Assembly (NCBI GenBank): GCA_040954595.2
Contig: CM082582.2
Span: 2,650,303 to 2,714,302 of the forward strand
Length of the DNA: 64,000 nucleotides
Direction of reading: 5' to 3'
DNA from: Balanoglossus misakiensis
Lineage: Eukaryota; Animalia; Hemichordata
This document shows, in pieces, positions 58,730 through 64,000 of the stretch. Every line of letters begins with the position of its first letter. The first letter of the stretch is position 1. The translations under genes and the position numbers were made by a program. The notes below the pieces were generated by a model. It worked only from the letters and a program-made list of their open reading frames with translations. It had not been told where the DNA came from and searched no databases.

Positions 58730-61700
58730 AAAAAAATAAGGTGCGACCAACATTGGCTAGGTCTAAGCAGTTCCTATGGATACCAGAGAGTGCCAATGCT
58801 ATATCTGCTATGTTTATAGGAAAGTTGGTCAAAGGTCACCAAGAGCTCACCCAAAATTGTCAACAAATTTTTCTTCCAAAATGATCAGTGTAAAATGAAA
58901 AACAAGACTTCTGGCTCTATTGGTTAACCTGGTTATTAGGTGTTCCAGCCTTCAAAATTGTAAGACGTTATCTGCTGTGCATGCCAAGGCATGGAAAAAT
59001 AGGTCCATCAAAAATGTCCAAAACCAAAGCCATCAAAAATGTCAGAAAAAATTTTGATTGCATAGTGGTCTATGTTCAAGGAAACCCAGACTCAAAGCTT
59101 CATTGTCTAGTCTACAATTACGTAAGCACATATTTATAAGATTATCATTGGTCAAGAAATTCAGCAAAAAAATTAAGTCCAAAAGTAGAGCATGTTCATA
59201 AAAAATTCAACCTATAACAATATGGGTAAGCTCAGCATTAGATATGCACATATTTAATAAGGTCAACATTGGTCCAGTGGATTCCAAATGTAACAAAAAT
59301 ACCTAAGTCCCATACTTGTCCATATACATAAAAAACCAAACCTCTAGTGCTACTAGTCTTGCCGCAATAAGATATTCAGAAAAGAATACAGGTGCCAAAT
59401 GTAGAACGAAAATATGTCCTGGCAGCAGTAATGTGACAAAAATCATCACTGTTGTGCTTTTCAACAAGAGGCACATCCACGAATAATTAAGTTCTGAAAA
59501 AAAAACTAGATCAAAATACATGCGAAAGTTGCCAAAAAAAATGCAATGTATTCTGGTCATATGAAGACTCGTATCTATAAAAAGAATTGGTGTGCAATCA
59601 ATGAGTAGCCCAGAAAAAGGAAATTTTAGTTTTTAATCAGAATTCATAAAATCCAATTTGGCTTCAATAAGCTTTAATTAAGTTCTGAAAGATCTGGATC
59701 AAAGAACAAATGAAAGTTGCCAAAAATTTGTATTATTAGGTGTTGAAAAAGGTTGGATCAAAGGACATGTGAAAGTTGCCAAAAAATTGTAACATATTCT
59801 AGTCGTATGGTGACTCGTATCCATTAAAGGAATTTGTATGCAATCAATGCATAGGCTAAAAATAGGAAAATTTAGTTCTTAATCGGAGTTTAGAAAATCT
59901 AATTTGGCTCCAATGAGATTTAACCAATCAAAATTCACTTGAAAACTTGATTAGATAAAAAAATGACAATTATAATGAGATTTTCAAAAATCCAATAAGG
60001 CATCAAAAGTCACATGACCACTAATGATATTATTGTCAAACTTTGAACCGGACAGTCAATTAGTAATTGATTTGCCCTGCAGTTTTGAAAAAATATGTCA
60101 ACTTGTAGAAATTATCAGAAAATCCAATATGGCCGTCATGAAGAAGACAATTAAACTTACAAGCAGGATTGCAGGGGCTAAACTGGTTAGCATGGTTTCA
60201 AAAGAAAGCAAAGGCTGTATCTGTTGTGGATGCCAAGAAATGGTAAAGTACTTCATTAGGTGTTCCAGTCCTCTAAATTTGAAACATGCATCTGCTGTGC
60301 ATGCCAGGTTATGGGAACGTAGATCAAAGGTCATTGCCAAAATTATCAAAAAATAAGGTTATGTTCCGGCAGCAGCAGTACTCATGTAAACAAAATCATG
60401 ACTGTTGTGCTTTTTAACAAGAATCGTATCCACATACAATTAAGTTCAGAAAACACTGGATCAAAGGACATGTGTAGTTGTCAAAATTTTGTATAATCAA
60501 GTTCTGAGAAAACTGGATCAAAAACATGTATTCTGGTCATATGGCGACTCGTATCCATACAAAAGTTTTATCCAATAAGGTTGAACCAATCACAATTCAC
60601 TTGAAAACTTAAGTAGAAAAAGATTTTTGACATTTTTAATGAGATTTTTCAAAAATCCATAATAAATCCAAAGTCACATGACCACTAACATTATTATTGA
60701 AAAAATTGGAACCGCACAGTAAATTAGAACTTTATTGGCCTTGTAATTTTTGAAAAGAGTCAACTTTTAAAGGTTATCAGAAAATCCAATATGGCTGCCA
60801 TGACGAAGACAAAGCTAAAAGCAGCATTGGAGGGACGAATGTGGTTAGCATGGTTCCAACAGAAAGCAAAGGCTGTATCTGTAGCAGATGCCGAGAAATG
60901 GTAAAGTAAGCCAGATGTCATGCAAAATTGTGCCAACAAATTTTGATATCAAACTGATCAGTGTCCAACAAAATCCAGACTTCTAAGCTATATTGGTTAA
61001 CTTGAAATTGCTTATGTACATAATTATTGTGTTAACGTTTAATACTTCATAAGGTATTCCAGTCCTAAAAATTTGAAGGCTGTATCTGCTGTACATTCCA
61101 AGGCATGGGATAGTAGATCAAAGGTCATTGCCAAAGTTATCAAAAGATTTGGGTTATGTCCTGGCAGCAGTAGTACTCATGTGAACAAAATCATGACTGT
61201 TGTGCTTTTTAACAAGAGGCATATCCACATAAAATTAAGTAGTGAACAAAAATGGATTAGAGAATGTGTGAAAGTTGCCAAAAAATGTAACATATTCTAG
61301 TCATATGGTGACTCGTATCCATAAAAAATAGTTGTGTGCTATCAATTAGTAGGCAAGAAATAGGAAAATGTATTTGTTAATCGGATTTTAGAAAATTCAA
61401 TTTGGCTCCAATAAGGTTAAACCAATCACAATTCACTTGAGAACATGATTAGGAAAAATAAATGAGATTTTTTAATGAGATTTTCAAAAATCCAATAAGG
61501 CATCCAAAGTCACATGACCACTAATGATATTATTGTCAAACTTTGTGAACAGTAAATTAGAACTTGATTCGCCCTGCAGTTTTGAAGAAAGTCAACTTTT
61601 ATAGATTATCAGAATATCCTATATGGCAACCATGAAGGAGACAATTAAAGCAACATGCAGCATTGCAGGGGCCAAAGTGGTTAGCATGGTTCCAACACAA

Positions 61701-64000
61701 AGCAAAGGCTGTATCTGTTATGGATGCTGAGAAATGGTTAAGTAAGTCAGAGGTCATGCAAAATTATGCTAGCAAAATTTGATATCACACTGATCCGTAT
61801 CCAACAAAAAGCCAGACTTCTAACTCTATTGGTTAATTTGAAAAAGCTTATGTACATAAATATTGTGTTAAAGTTTAAACTTCATTAGGTGTTTAAGTCC
61901 TCCAAATTTGAAGAATGTATCTGCTGTGCATGCCAAGTTATGGGGAAGTACATCAAAGGTAATTGCCAAAATTATCAAAATATATGTGTTATGTCCTGGC
62001 AGCAGTAGTACTAATGTGAACAAAATCATGACTGTTGTGCTTTTAACAAGAGGCATATCCACATAAAATTTAGTTCTGGAATTACTGTATCAAAGGAGAT
62101 GCGACAGTCACCAGCAAATTGAAATATATTCTTGTCATATGGTGACTCATATCCATAAAAATTATTTGTGTGCTTTCAATGAGTAGGCTAGAAATAGGAA
62201 ATTTTAGTTTTTAATCGGAGATCAGAAAATCCAATATGGGTCCAATTAGTTTTAACCAATCAAAATTTACTTGAAAACTTGATTAGAAATAGATTTTTGA
62301 TTTTTTTTATGATATTTTTCAAAAATTTAATTATGCATCCAAAGCCACATGACCACTACTGATACTATTATTGTCAAACATTGAACCGCACAGTAAATTA
62401 GAACTTGATTGGCCCTGTATTTTTTGAAAAAAAATGTCAAGTTTTAAAGGTTATCCGAAAATCCAATATGGCCACCATGAAGAAGACAATTAATACTAAA
62501 AGCAGCATTGGAGGGACCAAAGCGGTTAGCATGGTTCGAACAGAAAGCAAAGGCTGTATCTGTTATGGATGCTGAGAAATGGTAAGTAAGCGAGAGGTCA
62601 CGCAAATTTGGGCCAACAAATTTCGATATCAAACTGAGCTGTGTCCAACAGAAAACAGACTTCTCAGCTCTATTGGTTAACTTGAAATTGCTTATGTACA
62701 TAATTATTGTGTTAAAGTTTAATACTTCATTAGGTGTTTCAGTCCTCCAAATATTTTGTTTATTTCCTGGCAGCAGAAAGCAAAGGCTGCATCTGTTATA
62801 GATGCAAAACTCCTGTGAACAAAATCATGACTGGTGTGCTTTTTGACAAGAAGCATATCCACGCACAATTAAGTTCTGGAAAAAATGGATCAAAGGACAT
62901 TCGAAAATTGCCCAAAAATTGTAATATAATCTGGTCATGTGGTGACTCATATCTATTAAAAGAATTTGGGTAGGCTAGAAATAGGATTTTTTTTTAAATC
63001 GTGTGTTTAGAAAATCCGATTTGGCTTTAATTAGGATAAACCAATCACAATTCACTTGAAAACGTGATTAGGAAAAGATTTGTGAATTTTTTCATGAGAT
63101 TTTTCAAAAATCCAATATGGCAACCAAAGTGACATGACCACTAATGATATTATTGTCAAACATTAAACCGCACAGTAAATTAGAACTTGATTTGCCTTGT
63201 AGTTGTTGAAAAGATGTAAATTTTTAAGTGTTATCATAATATCCAATATGGCCGCCATTAAGAAGAAATGGGATGGGCCCAAGCAGTTAGCATGGTTCCA
63301 ACAGAAAGCAAAGGATGTTTTGTTTAAAAAATCATATGAAAACTCATATGTTCGAAAGAGCATACAGTGTGGTTTAACCGTGAGCGTCATTGGGCAAAAT
63401 TTCTTTTTGGATTTTTGCGCTATATAAACTTTTTTGCTTGATTGATTTGATTTGATTTTGTTGTGGATGCAAAGAAATGGTAAAGTAAGCCAGAGGTCAC
63501 GCAAAATTGTGACACAAATGTTTGATCTTAAACTGATCAGTGTCAAACAAAAAACCAGATTTCTAAGCTCTATTGGTTAACTTGAAATAGATTATGTACA
63601 AAATTATTGTGTAAAAGTTTAATACTTTATTGGGTGTTGCAGTCCACCAAATTTGAAGGCTGTATCTGCTGTACATGCCAAGGCATGGGATAGTAGATCA
63701 AAAGTCATTGCCAAAATTATCAAAAGATTTGGGTTATGTCCTGGCAGCAGTAGTACTCATGTGAACAAAATCATGACTGTTGTGCTTTTTAACAAGAGGC
63801 ATATCCACATAAAATAAGTTCTGGAATTACTGGATCAAAGAACATGTGGAAGTAGTCTAATAATTATGATATATTCTGGTCCTATGGTGACTCGTATCCA
63901 TAAAAAGAATTTGTGTGGTTTCAATGAGCACGCTAGAAATAGGAAATTTTAGTCTTTTATCGGAGATCAGAAAATCCAATTTGGCTCCAATAAGGTTTAC
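58730..64000 (+). repeat. Diverged tandem array (~0.65-0.85 kb period) derived from the same Helentron-like family; continues past the window end
   Basis: The element-start-like motif (aa)gcagcattg..ggg.c.aa..ggttagcatggttc recurs at ~60155, 60812, 61645, 62490 and 63275, each preceded by aatccaatatggc.gccat. Confidence 0.75.

Overview
This is a gene-poor, repeat-dense eukaryotic window, probably from an invertebrate animal (inferred from the TE repertoire; the species cannot be determined). No host protein-coding gene is supported. From left to right it contains: a Kolobok-like non-autonomous DNA transposon (436-2398); a Helentron-type non-autonomous element (about 3019-4738); a 2.4-kb gag-only element with split direct repeats and a perfect att/lox-like palindrome (4952-7379); a full-length decayed L1/Tx1 LINE (about 8361-13702) that appears inserted into the first bases of a Gypsy LTR; a decayed Gypsy (Mag-like) LTR retrotransposon (13707-19541) carrying a nested MITE; an old ~173-bp tandem repeat; a near-intact Ngaro-type tyrosine-recombinase retrotransposon (21722-26011); a TTAA-flanked MITE (26064-26858); a ~27.8-kb satellite of 175/192/194-bp monomers arranged in variable higher-order repeats (about 26860-54702); a minisatellite; and a second Helentron-type element followed by a tandem array derived from that family, running off the window end. 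The best candidate for an undescribed system is the gag-only split-direct-repeat element, whose two ends are the halves of a recombinase-like site joined at an AGTT core. All coordinates and alignments were read by eye.
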